Origin: Camelus ferus
Lineage: Eukaryota
Assembly: GCF_009834535.1 (NCBI RefSeq)
Contig: NC_045696.1
Coordinates: forward strand, 82,834,001-82,898,000
Reading direction: 5' to 3'
DNA: 64,000 nt
Both the position numbers and the translations under genes were made by a program. This document shows, one piece after another, positions 13,572 through 26,067 of this stretch. Positions within the stretch are counted from its first letter, which is position 1. The number at the start of each line of letters is the position of its first letter. The notes below the pieces were generated by a model. It was not told the DNA's origin. It searched no databases and was given only the letters and a program-made list of their open reading frames with translations.

Positions 13572-13682
13572 TTCCTTCCTCCCTCCTTCCTTCCATCCCT
13601 CTCTCCTTTCCTTCCTTTCTTCCTTTCTTCCTTCCTTTTTCCTTTATTCATTCTTCTTTTCCTTCTCTCCTCCCTTCTTCCT
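13572..13682. repeat. (CTTC)n-like pyrimidine low-complexity tract
   Basis: ttccttcctccctccttccttccatccctctctcctttccttcctttcttcc...; probably an expanded L2 tail. Confidence 0.85.
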
Positions 13683-14290
13683 CAGATATTTCAGTCCATA
13701 TTCTGGGCCAGTTACTACTCATCTAAGCTAGGTATTGGAGATAAACCATAACTAAATCAGATTCCTTCCATGCCCTCAGGGAGTCCGGTCCCTCAGGAGG
13801 AATACAGCCAACTGAACTAGTACCATGCTGTCATGGCAAAGGTATGGGCTATTGGATATGGGTGACATTTGGGAGGGACATGCATCAAAATCTAGAGGGA
13901 GTCAGAGAAGGTTTCCTTGAGGGAGTATCTCTAAACCAACACTTGAAGGATGATTAACTTTATTCCAATGAAGGAGAGTTACATAGTAGCAGAGAAGAAT
14001 GTTCAGGTATTAGCCCAGAGGCAAGAGAAAGCATAATGGAGCCCATGCACTAACAGCAGTTCAGTTTGAGTGTGGGAAGGCAGAGAGCAGTGAAAGAAAG
14101 ACTGATTTGAATTCCCTTTAAAGATAAATTGATGCTTGTAAAACTCCATTAGGAGCTATGACGTTTACAAGATAATACTTAATTATAATAGAATAATCTA
14201 GGATAGTGAGTTATAGAATGAGAAGTCCTAAAGCAAAGAATTCAGATTATGAACTTCCCTTGGGGTTTGGAGGAGAAATGGTCATCATGG
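13683..14290 (-). mobile_element. L2 fragment
   Basis: TGCCCTCAGGGAG...GGGAGTCAGAGAAGGTTTCCTTGAGGGAG...ACTTGAAGGATGA are reverse-strand L2 motifs. Confidence 0.65.
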
Positions 14291-14339
14291 ACCACAGGAA
14301 GCAAAGAAATCTTCAGGGAAGCTTTTGAAAAATAAGTAG

Positions 14340-15700
14340 CATGTTTATAGATTACCTTCTTGCTTTCCTTTTCTCCATGAACAAATAGTCTATACCATCT
14401 GTCTCTAGTTCTTCAATTTCCATTCTGTCTTCAGCTTATGGCAACCTCCATTTTGCCTGTAATACTTGAAAAGGGCAGTAATGATCCCCAACAGCCAAAT
14501 CCAGTGTGTTTGTCAGTCTTTGGTCCACTGTGATGTTCTTTCTCAGGACAGTTCTCTCTTTCTTAGACCCTATTCTTCCTCTGGCTTCTGGACCACTGCT
14601 TACTTCTGGGTCCCCCTCTAATTCTGTCTCCTTTTCAGGGTTCTCCTTATCTGCCCCTTCACAGAGCTCAAACGGTCCCCAGGCTCCAGACTTTGGCTGT
14701 CCTTCCTTCAGCCAAATGTCCTTCCTTCCTGATTTCCCTGGGTGATTAAAATGCCATCGATGTATCCATTAAGGACTCCCAAAACATTATCTTGGGCTCC
14801 ACACCTACAGTTCCAAACCTCTTGCTGAACATCTCTACCTGAGTGTCTTGCCCCACTTCAAATGAAGTAAAATCCATCCTCCCTCCCCTTATTCCCATTG
14901 CATTAATATTTTCATCATCTACCTTGTTTTTCAAGCCAGCACTTGTAAGTCTGCCTTGGCTTCTTGCATTTCATTTTCTCTTCACCCACGTTCAGTGATT
15001 TGCCAAATTTTATACTCTACACTCCAGAGATGTTTCTTGATTCTGCCTGATCCTCTCAAATCATACTGCCTTTCCCTTAATTCAGAGCTTCACCATCTAT
15101 TGCTAAGACTGTATAAGAATGCTCTTAATGGTCTCCCTTCCATTCAAGAACAACCTTTCTAAACATCAAACCAAAGCTAGTCTTTTATTTGCTTACGGCA
15201 CTACTCTAAGATTTTGTTTAGGGGAAGAAAGGTATTCTGAGGCTGAAAAACTTCAAAAATTAGGAAGCCAAACTCTATAGCCTGATGTACATGACCCTTA
15301 GTGATTTAGCTGCAAACTACCCCCCGCCGCCCTCCCCTAATCTTCGTTCACTCAGAGTCCTCCTGACAGCACTGTGCTCCTCCACGGCTCCCTGTCTTTG
15401 TGTGTGCTGATTTCCCCCCTTGAAGTCCCCTGTGTTTGCTCTCCACTTTCTTCACTTTCTCTCCCTGGCAAATTCCTGATGATTCAACTTAAATCTTGCT
15501 CTCATAGCTGTCTCTGAGAGAGGAACCTGCAGGGAGACATTCTTCATGAATCTCTTCTACAATCCTTACCACATCAGTTGCCTCCACCCCCAGATTGCTT
15601 CTCACCCCCACCCCCCATGGCACAGAGTGAGTCTTACTTATGTTTGTACCCCAGCTGGTAGCCCAGCATCTGCGACGCAGGAGGTGCTGCTCTGTTCACG
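14340..15700 (+). mobile_element. Long degenerate L2 fragment
   Basis: GCCAAATCCAGTG...CTTGCTGAACATCTCTACCTGAGTGTC...CACTTCAAAT...CTTAATGGTCTCCCT...TGTACCCCAGC...GCCCAGCATCTGCGACGCAGGAGGTGCT. Confidence 0.7.
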
Positions 15701-16179
15701 TGAGATAAGGCTGCTCCTCCTCCTCCTGCTGTTGTTGCAATGACCAAGCCAAAGGAGATTTCAGGGGCAAAAGAGTGAAATATCAAGAACGATATTTTAG
15801 GTGTTTAGGATGATTGATCTTAAAGTCAAGTGAAGAATGGGTTAAAAGGGGGGAAGTCTGAGTCAGGGCAATGGGGTCTCACAGAGATTCTCAGAATAAT
15901 AAGGGATTAATTTATAATCTATAGTAATTATAATAATCTGTGATAAAACATTAATCTAACTGGATTGAAACCTACTGCAGATTCATTGCTGAATTGATGG
16001 AATGAGAGAATAGATCTCAGGGAGAAGGGTGGAAGCCCAGAGTCTCTTCATTTTCTTTGGCGATCCCGACTATGGCAATAAGTACTTTTGTCCATTCCCT
16101 CCCATGGTGTTTTCCCTCCATGGATCATCTTTCTGGCTCTGCCAGCCCTCTCCATCCCCATTGTCTCGCTGGAGGGGCA

Positions 16180-16400
16180 GCAGCAGCGTGCTCTTGTTAC
16201 TGTGTGGCAGACACTGCTATGCACTTCACTCCTATGACCTCATGAAAGATAGTGAGGTAAGTACTATGTTGCCTCCCCTTTACAGATGAGGACAGTGAGG
16301 CTCAGAGATGCTAATTCAAAAAAAGCCTCCTTGCTGTGCAGCTGTGGACCCAGGGGAGGAGCACAAGTCTGATGCTGACCTCTCTTCCATTCACTGCTCA
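16180..16400 (-). mobile_element. MIR SINE
   Basis: GTGAGGTAAGTACTATGTTGCCTCCCCTTTACAGATGAGGACAGTGAGGCTCAGAGA. Confidence 0.8.
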
Positions 16401-16852
16401 GTCTCAACAACCTCCATTTAGCCAAATATGTTTTGGACCAAATATCTGAATATTCACAAGTGTTCAGTTAATATCTTCTTTGTGAATGCAAATTAGGGAA
16501 GTTAAAGTTGCGGAGAAATGAGTTCTCCAGATATTTGAAGCGCACATCTTTGAGCCCTGTGGCTTCTATAATGTTGCCGTAAGGATGAATACGTCTCTAA
16601 AATCATTAGTCCAGGAAACCAGATAGCCAAACTTGTTGGATTCTTGTCCTAAATCAAAGTAAATTGGCACTAAATGACTCTCTTTTAAGAAAAGTGTATA
16701 ACTTTGGCACATGGGCTTAACCTCTGTGCTGCCCAAATTAAAGGCAATTTTCCTGCACTTGTGAGTTCTCCCAGGCCTCACATTGCTAGACAGCATCACT
16801 GCAGATGTAGACTCACAACTTGCTTCCCTGCTTTAAAGTTGAATCTCTTGAC

Positions 16853-16995
16853 TTTTTTCAAAGCGTGGTTCATGGACCCCATGCATCAAAAATCAGGATA
16901 CTGTTTTAAAATGCAAATTTCTGGACTCAACCTCGGACCTACTGATTTAGAACCTTCCAGGGTGAGGCCCCAAAACCTGCTTCTCTTTATGAAAT
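16853..16995. mobile_element. MER5A-like (hAT-Charlie) fragment
   Basis: TTTCAAAGCGTGGTTCATGGACC...TTTTAAAATGCAAATTTCTGGACTCAACCTCGGACCTACTGATTTAGAACC...GGGTGAGGCCC. Confidence 0.75.
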
Positions 16996-17334
16996 AACAG
17001 TCATACAAAATAACAGGAGTGTGGTGATGGTCCCTTGAATAAAGTGAGACTAAAAGTGCTAAGCATGGTCGTTAAAGTATGCAGACATTTAATAATAGCT
17101 GTTAGCCTTGGCAGCTCTATTTTACATTACGCCCTGCCAAATGCCTTTCAGCTAGTGACCTTCTGTGGTAATTAATCACAAGCATATCAGCTCTGTAAAT
17201 GTTTAGACTCAGTTCAAGCAGCTCTAGCACCTGCCTAAGTGATCCCTCTTCCTACCCCTCTTTATTTTGTTGTATAGCTTTGATTTGCATTTCTTGTCTT
17301 CAAATACATGTAAGTCATTTTCTAAGAGCCTCCT

Positions 17335-17515
17335 CTGAGCAGGAACTCTACATGGATTTCACTTAATTCTTGTAAGACCCCACAAAGGAGACATTATCAG
17401 CCCCATTGCACAGTTGGGAAAGCTGAGACTTTGCTCAAGGTCACAGAACCAGAGAGTTGGGGGAGGAAAGTCTGAATGCCAGACACCTGACCCCATAATC
17501 AAGTGCCTCCATAAG
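17335..17515 (-). mobile_element. MIR SINE
   Basis: CATTATCAGCCCCATTGCACAGTTGGGAAAGCTGAGACTTTGCTCAAGGTCACA. Confidence 0.7.
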
Positions 17516-17867
17516 CTTTTCCCCAGTATTCCAGGTTGTTTCAGCTTAGATGGCTTCTTTCCTGATAGGTGCAGATATAGCTTTAGTTTAAGCATCCTGT
17601 CTAGGACCTCTGGGCACCACTGTCACCCAGGCTGTTTCTGTGGCACATACGTCTGTGGTACTTTTCAGATCCTCACCTTACAAAGTTAACACACTAGGAA
17701 GGAAGAGCAGATAAATGGTATTGCTTAAATTTGAAGGCATAATTAAAATCTAGACTTTTTTTAGTAGAATTTTTGTTCATATGTTTCTTTTTGCCAGTTT
17801 CATTAACCTAATGTGTGTGGAGTCAAGAGATGAACTTTTCCCCTGGCACTATTACTGATTTTTTTGT

Positions 17868-18071
17868 CAGTACTGATGAATCGGGCTTTCTGCAAAGATA
17901 AGAAATGTTCTATATCTGCATTGTTCAGTACATTTGGCACTGGCCTCATGTGGCTATTGAACTATATGGCTAGTGTGACTGAGGAACTGAATTTAAAATT
18001 TTAAATTTAATTAATGAATGTTTAAATTTGAATAGCTTCATGTGGCTAGAGGACACCATATTGGACAGCTT
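17868..18071 (+). mobile_element. MER3 (hAT-Charlie) DNA transposon
   Basis: GAAATGTTCTATATCTGCA...CATGTGGCTATTGA...GGCTAGTGTGACTGAGGAACTGAATTT...CATGTGGCTAG...ATATTGGACAGC follows the MER3 consensus. Confidence 0.85.
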
Positions 18072-18109
18072 AGGCCTAGATATGTCTACAGGAAGGCACT
18101 GACGTCAAG

Positions 18110-18345
18110 CATCTAAAAATTCAAACCTGAAGCCAGACTGGCTCATTAGTCTGTGTGACTTTTTGCAAGTTACTTGACATCTCTGTTCTTCATTACTTTG
18201 ACTATGAAATGACAGTAATAACACTATGTGCCTCACAGGTTGGTTGTGAAGAGTACACTGAGCAGTCTTAGGTAAAGACAAGCACAGTGCCGAGCACGTC
18301 ATAAGAACTCATCCATGTTAGCAGCTGTTATTTTACTATTATTAG
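18110..18345 (+). mobile_element. MIR SINE
   Basis: CTGTGTGACTTTTTGCAAGTTACTTGACATCTCTG...CCTCACAGGTTGGTTGTGAAGA...GCACAGTGCCGAGCAC. Confidence 0.8.
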
Positions 18346-20869
18346 CTCACCTTCCTAAAGAATTTGAAGTTTCCTGCCTTTTTATTTGTGATGTGAAATC
18401 TACTTAAAAGTGCTGACACCATGGTAGCTGCTTAGTAAATATGTACTGAATCAAATGTTTGAAATCCCTCGGATTTAGGACTTTCGATACAGAGTCTTGG
18501 GAAATGCCTTCCCTCCTTCAGATATGCAATAAGGATGTGCAAGTCTGTTTGATGGTCGAGACGAATGAGAAGAAAAGGAAGTGAGGAGGCTCTAATACTG
18601 ATGAAGAAAAAATAAAATTCTTTCATCTTTTGTCCCATGCAACTCAAATACCTATGATCTAAAAATATTCCTCTCAGATTTGATATGTGAGAGGAGATGA
18701 TCAAGGGAAGGGACATTTTAACAGGACATGTGATAAATAGCAGGAGGCCATTTCTCTTCTGGGTTATTACAAGTTGATCTCGGTGACTTACTAGCCAGTC
18801 GGTATGTAAGTACCCTGTGCATCGAAATAACCACACATACCTAAAGACACTTGTGCACCACATACAGTGTGTGCCTGTCTATTGCATGTATGTGTACAAA
18901 TATGAATATTGACATTAAAATTAGATAGTAAAACCTTTTGATTTAGTGCCAACTGAGCCTAGCCACAGTAAATTGAACATCTGAGCTATCTTGGCATGCC
19001 TTAGCTTTATAAGGCCTTGTAAATGGCTACATAAATATTTTCTAAATGGAAATCATATTAGACCGGAGGCTTAGGGTGCTGTAGATAGGAAAGAGAGGTA
19101 AATAATTGCCTTTTTATTTTGTGACCATATTAGAAATGCCAGACAATGGAAAAACTAGTAAAATTAAAAAGGAATTCCTGAAGGAAAACAACGTGCTGGC
19201 TCACACAGAGCCTTTCTTCTTCGTCTGCCCTGCCGATCGATGTTGACTACATTCCCAGCGACTCGGTTTCACAGTGAACGACTCAGGCTGCTGTGGGTCT
19301 GGGACAGAGATGGCGTGGGGCTGGGGGGACTCAGGAGACACCATGCTGTCAGTGAGTGCTCCTGCCTGCTAAGCCGACAGCTGAAAAAGAGAGACCAACC
19401 GCACGACTGAGAGAAATATAATATGTCCTTTTAACGAGTTGAATTTGAAGAACTTTTTCAGGAAAGGGGAACTGAGGCCCTTCTGAAGGGTTTTATTGAT
19501 GACAGTTGCCAGCCTACACCTTGAAGAGCTGGTAAAAGGTGCCCAACATAGATATTTGTCAGTTTACTGCGAAGAAATTCTCTCCTTTGAAAAACTTTCG
19601 GTGGCATGCTACGGAGATGGCCCTGTTGGTACAGCCTTATTTAACTGTTGACTTTGTGTTGATTTTATTATTCAAGTAGGTCCCACCTATTGTTTCAGAG
19701 GTCAATGAGCTTTTTCATTGCATTTCATCTGAACCTTAGCCCCTGGTCAACCACACTCTTGCTTCTTAGGCAAACATTCTGCAGCAGCTGGGTTGGAAAC
19801 TATCATTCCACACATCACAGCAAATCTCAGACAACTTGAGTTTAATTATTCCCTGTTGACTGGCTTTGCCATTACTAAAATCTCTTTTAACACTGACATT
19901 GAGAGTGGAAGTGTAGGGTTTCTGAGCTCTCAGCACAATAGCTTTCGCATTAATATCTCACGGTTTATTTCATACAGCAAAGGTCTGTTTGTGGTGTCTA
20001 AAATTTGTTTAAACATAAATTGCAAAGAAAGGCATGGCTGACACAATACAGCTCTATACAGTGGAGAGAAAGGCTGTGTGAATAGGCTTAGATACTTTTT
20101 AAAAAGTACATTCCTCTTATAAGAAAAAAAAATTTTGCCTTTCAAGTGCATGTCAAAGAGATTTTAATCACCCTTTTGTTTTTGTTCATTTTTTTAGAAC
20201 ACATTTATGTTTTATGACTTTGCTAAATAAATAATGTAGGTATAGAGTATCCCAAACTGAACTTTTCATGATGTTTAACACTCTGTAATTTCGTGATTAA
20301 TAGTGCCTAATCTGAATGTCCCATGAAAACTTTGTGCAGCAAGAGGTGTTCAGTGTTACTAAAGGTTAGCAACCTCACAAAAGGGACAGTTTAGTGATTG
20401 TTTCCAGGGAGCTTTATAGTCTCACAAGTTATAAGAAAAACAATAAAACTTTGGCATTGGATAGCTAGTGTAACATACCGTAGGATTTATCACTACCTAG
20501 AAATTAATGCAGAGAGAAAGAACTGAACAATTTATATTTTAAAAATTCATTTTGAAATATTAAACACGGGAGGACCTAGCATGTGGACACAACTGTTTTA
20601 AAGATAGTATGTATTTAGTGAATTTTATCTTAGCCGACAAACACCCCCAGATTCCACTAAATAATACACGGCCAGAATCTTCTGCTGCTGTCCTGGCCAT
20701 AAACTACTTTCCCCACCTGAGCACCCAACTTCTAGCTGATGCCTGTAGAACCCACTGAAATGTGGTAGGATTGACTCTGAGGAACCAAAGTCCTTCTTGA
20801 TGGTGGTATCTTGACTCTGCTCTATTTGAGAGTTAAGGCACATTACCAATTTCACAAGTAGTATTAAAA

Positions 20870-21400
20870 AAAACCCAAATCTGATTATGGCTCTCCTCTG
20901 TCAAAACCCTCCAATGGTTCTCCACTGCATTCATGAGAAAGCTCAAAACTTACGTCATCACTTACGAGGCCCTCCATCATCTGGCTTCTGCAAACTCCTC
21001 TGCCTACCACCTCTCTCCATTCTTTGCCAAACTGGTCCTCTCTCAGTTCCTTAAACTGCCCACAGTCTGTCACTCACTTTGTACATATATGTTCATTCGT
21101 TCATTGACTCACCCGTTCAATATCTATTGAGCATTGACTGCCAGGCACCATGCTGACTGTGAAGGGCTATGTCAGAGGATAAAATAGATGTGTTTTGTAC
21201 CCTCTTGATGTCTATAAACTAGTCAGGAAGCCAGGAACAGAACACATAACTCCAAAAGCTGTCCTCTCAGACTGTGTTTCTCTTGCACATGGCTCTCTCA
21301 TTCTTATATTTCACATCTCATATTAAACCTCCTTTCCTGGAGAGGCTTCCCTGTTGCTTCCTCCAGGTTAGAGCCTACTGATACATGCTGCAGAAATCCA
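20870..21400. mobile_element. Cluster of L2 fragments in both orientations
   Basis: + strand: CAAAACCCTCCAATGGTTCTCCACTGCA...GGCCCTCCATCATCTGGC. - strand: TTCATTCGTTCATTGACTCACCCGTTCAATATCTATTGAGCATTGACTGCCAGGCACCATGCTG. Confidence 0.7.
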
Positions 21401-21649
21401 ACAGAATCAAATGAATAGGAATTAGACTTCAGACTTTATGGAAGCCCAGCTTGACTCTGTGGCTTCCCCTTGAGTCTTCATTGGTCATCTTTATTCGCTT
21501 GGTGGTGTTTAGCTTTGGCGGTGCAAGGCCGTGCCTAGCTGTTTGGGTGAGGGGCTGGCATGCAAGGTAGAGAAGAGTGTCTGGAAAAGCTGGAGGGAAT
21601 CGTTTGTTGATTATCTATCCATCACGAGTATTTTACTCCTATTAAAATA

Positions 21650-21875
21650 GAATTGACCCTCGAACAACATGGGTTTGGACTGCGTGGGTCCACTTGTATG
21701 TGTATTTTTTTCAATAAATATGTACTGTGGTATTACATGATCCAGAGCCCCAGATGGTTGATCTGCAGATGTGGAACCGCAGGTAGGGAGAGCTGACTGT
21801 AAAGTTATATGCAGGTTTTTGACTATGCAGAGGGTGGGTCCCCCTAACCCTCCCATGTTGTTCAAGGGTCAACTG
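21650..21875. mobile_element. Tigger2-family (TcMar) non-autonomous DNA transposon / MITE, full length
   Basis: 24-bp terminal inverted repeats (GAATTGACCCTCGAACAACATGGG ... CCCATGTTGTTCAAGGGTCAACTG, 21/24 match) with TA dinucleotides on both sides. Confidence 0.9.
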
Positions 21876-21929
21876 TATTTGATCTTTATGCAAACATTGT
21901 GAAATGAGTAGTAGAGAAAGAGGAGAACA

Positions 21930-22260
21930 TAAAACTACAGTCCAGAACTCTAGAGACAGACCATTCAAATCTGCCGCTGGGACCCCCCGTCTCCTCAGCT
22001 GTAATAATGATATTTGTCAGGATTGTTAGGAGAATTTTAGTTATATCAGATCATATTCACAAAGCCATCAAAATATGCCTGGCCCATTTTAAGTGCTGGC
22101 TTTTATTGTTATTCCCATGTTGTAGATGAGGAGAAAGGCTTGGAAGGGTTGGGTACCTTATGAAGATCATAAAGCTAGAAATAAAAAACAAAAGAGGCAG
22201 GATTGAGACACAATCTGTCCAATTTCAGACTCAAGTCTCTACTCTCTACACCAAAGCAGG
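21930..22260. mobile_element. Two adjacent MIR fragments (+ then -)
   Basis: CTCAGCTGTAATAATG...GGATTGTTAGGAGAATT, then CCCATGTTGTAGATGAGGAGAAAGGCTTGGAAGGGTT. Confidence 0.6.
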
Positions 22261-22979
22261 TAAATATCCACCCAGTCAGTGAGTGAAGGTGACAGAAAAG
22301 GCACTCAATGATTACCAGAAGAGAGTCTGTGTTTAGAAGCCTGAGTTTTAAGAAGTTGTCTTCATGCCTGGTTTCTGTGAATAAAGCCGTGCTTGATTTC
22401 TTAAGTAATGGGCAGCAGTGGCCATGTGAGTAATATGCCAGATGGTTGTTTAAATCCCTGGGAAGCAGCATATTCTTCTGTTTAATTTTAAAATACAATG
22501 TGTCAGGTTGAGAAGGGAAGATAAGAAAGGAATGGCCTTGTCTTGTGCTGATAAATTGCTTTCTCCAAATATACCTTCAGGTGGACACCACTCTACGCTC
22601 TCAGACCTGTTGCCTTTCCTTACAAGGTCCAAGGAGCCATGGTTTAAAAAAATGTATCTGTATTATCCTCATGTGGATATAATGTCTTTTAAAAATTGTC
22701 CATAATTAAAACATTATTGATATGACTGATCATTTAGGTATAAAATTAGTGAGTCTAGATTTTTCTTTATATGAAGATTTTTTTCACATTATGTTCTTTA
22801 CAATTATTATTTTTTCTACCTATCTTTTGTAGCAGTCTAGAGGGTTAGCAAGGAAACCTCTATAATTTTAATGTCATACGTCCATTCCTGTCCCTTACAC
22901 TAGGAATGTATGACCACGCTGGAAGAAAATGCTTACTGGTAGGGCTAGTACCGATTTGTGCAAAATTTAGTTCCATTTT

Positions 22980-24070
22980 AATTGAACATCTAATATGAGC
23001 CAAGGACGAAGATATAAGACATTTTTTCTGCCTTGGAAATCTTAGCGTTTACTGATAAATGTATACAAATAGATATTTTTTAAATGTAGATAGATTTATG
23101 GCTGTGAGGCTGTGGAAACATAGCAAAATGCCTACCACTGGGAGTTTGGGGATTTGCCACACATTTCTGAGATTAAATCTTTAAAATGATGAATATGAGT
23201 TAACCAGGTAAATAGAGGGTAGAGAGGGTTGCTGAGAAAGTAGGACCTGCCAAAGCAAAGGCTCAGAACCTGGATGCGAGGACTTACAGACTGGTCTGTA
23301 CTTGTGGACGGCAAAGCACAAGGTAGGGGGCAAGAGGACCTGCGTTGACACAATTGGTGGGGGCCACATGGAGTGTTTGTTGTGTCGTCTTAAGTTCCTT
23401 GACTTCAGACTGTCAGTAATAGACAGTCATTGAAGGATTTTGAGCAGTGAATTAACATGGTTTGATTTGTACACAAGCTAATTCATCAGCTGCATTCGGC
23501 AGAATGGGTCTAATGAAGGCAAGTCTGGATGCAAGGAGTTGAGTGTGATACTTAAAAAGAGAGAAAACCAGCAACAGCGAGAAGCACCTGATATGAGAAA
23601 TATTTAGCATATACAGCTGATGAGGCTCGAGGGTTGGCTAGATTTGGGAAGTGAGAGAAGTATAGAGTTTAAGATGGTGCAAGCCAGAAAAAGAGTGTGA
23701 ACACAAAATGTTTTCAGAGTTGGCCGCCCTGATTTTAAGATGCCTCTAGGATGACTGGATACCCCAGTCTGGAGTTCAGAGGGGAGCTTGTGGTTAGAGA
23801 CATCGTTAGGGAGTTACCAGCATAGGAGGGAGAGGGAGGAGTAAAGCTTTGAGAATGGCTGGAAGACAACCTGGGGCCATGTTAAAGGGAGAATGGGCTG
23901 AAGACAAAATCCTGGGAGAAACCCAGCATTTACTCAGCAGAGAGATTGAAAATGACCCCAGTGGAGGATCCTGAAAAAGAACCCAGAGGAGAAGGTGAGT
24001 CATGAATGTGAAACAAGTAGACCATCTCAAGGAGGCAGTGGCTGTCAGTGTCAGGTGTTGTCATTTTTGC
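22980..24070 (-). mobile_element. Long degenerate L2 fragment
   Basis: GTCATTGAAGGATTTTGAGCAG...ACATGGTTTGATTTG...TGGATACCCCAGTCTGGAGTTCAGAGGGGAG...CCTGGGAGAAACCCAGCATTTA. Confidence 0.7.
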
Positions 24071-24239
24071 CTGTAATTTATTCGTTCCTATGCTATTTTT
24101 GTTTTTACTGCATTTGCTAATTATGAGAATAAATATGATACAAGTAGGGCCAAAATGAAAAAATATGTTCTCTCCTGAAGGGTAGGCTCTGGAAAGATAA
24201 CATTTTCTTGTAAATAAAATAATTATTATCACAATCCTT

Positions 24240-24480
24240 TAATTGATAACTGTATGCTAAGAGTTTATACAGTGCCCTGATATTCAATATCATTTTATGT
24301 TCACATGAATCCAATAAGAGAAGCATTGAGACCTTACTTAGATTTCTACCCTTTTTCCAATCTAGAAGCTGATTCACTGTGAGGCTAAGGGACTTGTCAC
24401 AACCAGCTGCTGGTAAGCTACAGAGCTTGGACAATACAGTGCTATGTCCTTAGCCTCCTGACCCACTGGGCCTTCATGAT
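24240..24480 (-). mobile_element. MIR SINE (degenerate)
   Basis: GAAGCTGATTCACTGTGAGGCTAAGGGACTTGTCACAACCAGCTGCTGGTAAG. Confidence 0.55.
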
Positions 24481-26029
24481 ACCATGATAGGAATCCAAAT
24501 ATGGCAAATAATAGTTAGTATATACTCCTTTATCCATGGACACAAAATCTTCACTTCCATTCTTCAGGTTTATTACTTTCCTCCTAGTCATGAGCATTCA
24601 AAATCTTCAATTTCATAAAATTACAATCATTAAAATGTCAGTTATCATATAATCTCTTTTCTGTTCCATTTTCCATATCCATAGGAAAAAAACTGCAGTC
24701 ACAATCTGTTTCTTCTGAGACTGAGTTTACTTGGGGGATAATGTCTGGATTCCTAGGCCTTTAATTATATCTACAAAGATATCTGCAGAAGTCAATAAAC
24801 TAAAAACCCATAATATAATGGAAAGAAAGAAAAGAAATTGGCATTTGTCAGGATTTTGTAGAATACTGGGTAACATTATGCTGAATAAAATAGATAGTAA
24901 TCTGTCTAAGACAACTCAAAGAATTAAATCCGTGTCTTTGGAGGTAGCATGATTACATTACCTGATACGAGGTTCTTAAACCTGTTCTTAAACATACTAC
25001 TTCTTAAAAATGAACAGATCTCTGTGTCAGGTCAAATCATAGGCAGACATTAAAGAACATTTTTTGCATATATTCCTCTTAATAAAAATTTATAACATCC
25101 AGTACAAAAGGAGAGTTCCCCTGGTTTCTCATTCCTCAACTCTTTTGAAAGTTGCCTGTTAGATTTCATATGAGTTTCCTGTCTTCTACTCTACTCTGGA
25201 TGGAGCCCACAGAATTCAGTTTAATTTCCTATTGCTCATTCTGAAGTGACCTGGTGTTCCTTTAGTATTAATGTTTTTTTCTCTTGGGAACTTTCTATTT
25301 CACTGGAATCAGTTCTCTGGCTTCCCTTGAGAAAACTAAGGCCAAGTTCTTCCTTGCCCCACCCCTTTATCTATATCTTAATGGTTTTCTCTAGTACTTC
25401 TTCCAGGCATGTTTCCCTGTTTCTCTTAATGGACTTTTCCATCTCACAGCAGTTGAGGAATAACTTCTTATCCCTGTTATAACGCATTTTCATCATTTCC
25501 TTCCTCTGCCTCAGAGTAACATGGAGTAAGTTCTTGACAAATGAGTATCAAATTATTTATCCCAGTAATCATTTATTTATAATTATTTTTATTTTGTTTT
25601 TAATCAATTTATAAATACATTTTAAAGATTATTTTTACACTTCTCTTTTTAAAGGATTACAATGGCCACACTAAATGTTAAAGAGCTTAATAACTGTGTT
25701 CTAATGTAATATTTCAAATTTGCATTCCATCAAACATGCATTAGGTACCTACTGTTTACAAACCACAGAACCAGGCATTAAAAGAGATTAAAAAAAATCA
25801 GAAGGGCCAAGTCTCCAAGATGAATAAAGTCTAACTGGGAATTCAGGATGAATGAAAATCTAACAATCTACTTCAAATTATTATTGGTTATTAATCAGTT
25901 TCTTCATGAGAACTAAAGTAATTTAATTCATTCTTATAATCTCAGCAAATCTTTCTAGTAGAAAAATATAATAGCATTTTACTTGCAGCATTTTCTTCCT
26001 CTAGATCATCACTATTGCTTCTCCTTTGC

Positions 26030-26030
<1 letters not shown>

Positions 26031-26064
<34 letters not shown>
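26031..26064. repeat. (AAAT)8 microsatellite
   Basis: Perfect aaat repeats read directly. Confidence 0.95.

Positions 26065-26067
<3 letters not shown>

Noticed and set aside
13683..15700. Oppositely oriented L2 fragments as a dsRNA-forming pair
   Set aside because: They are too diverged; I could not see extended complementarity.
18432..18863. 143-aa minus-strand ORF
   Set aside because: No recognisable homology or splice context; the length is compatible with chance in 64 kb of intron.
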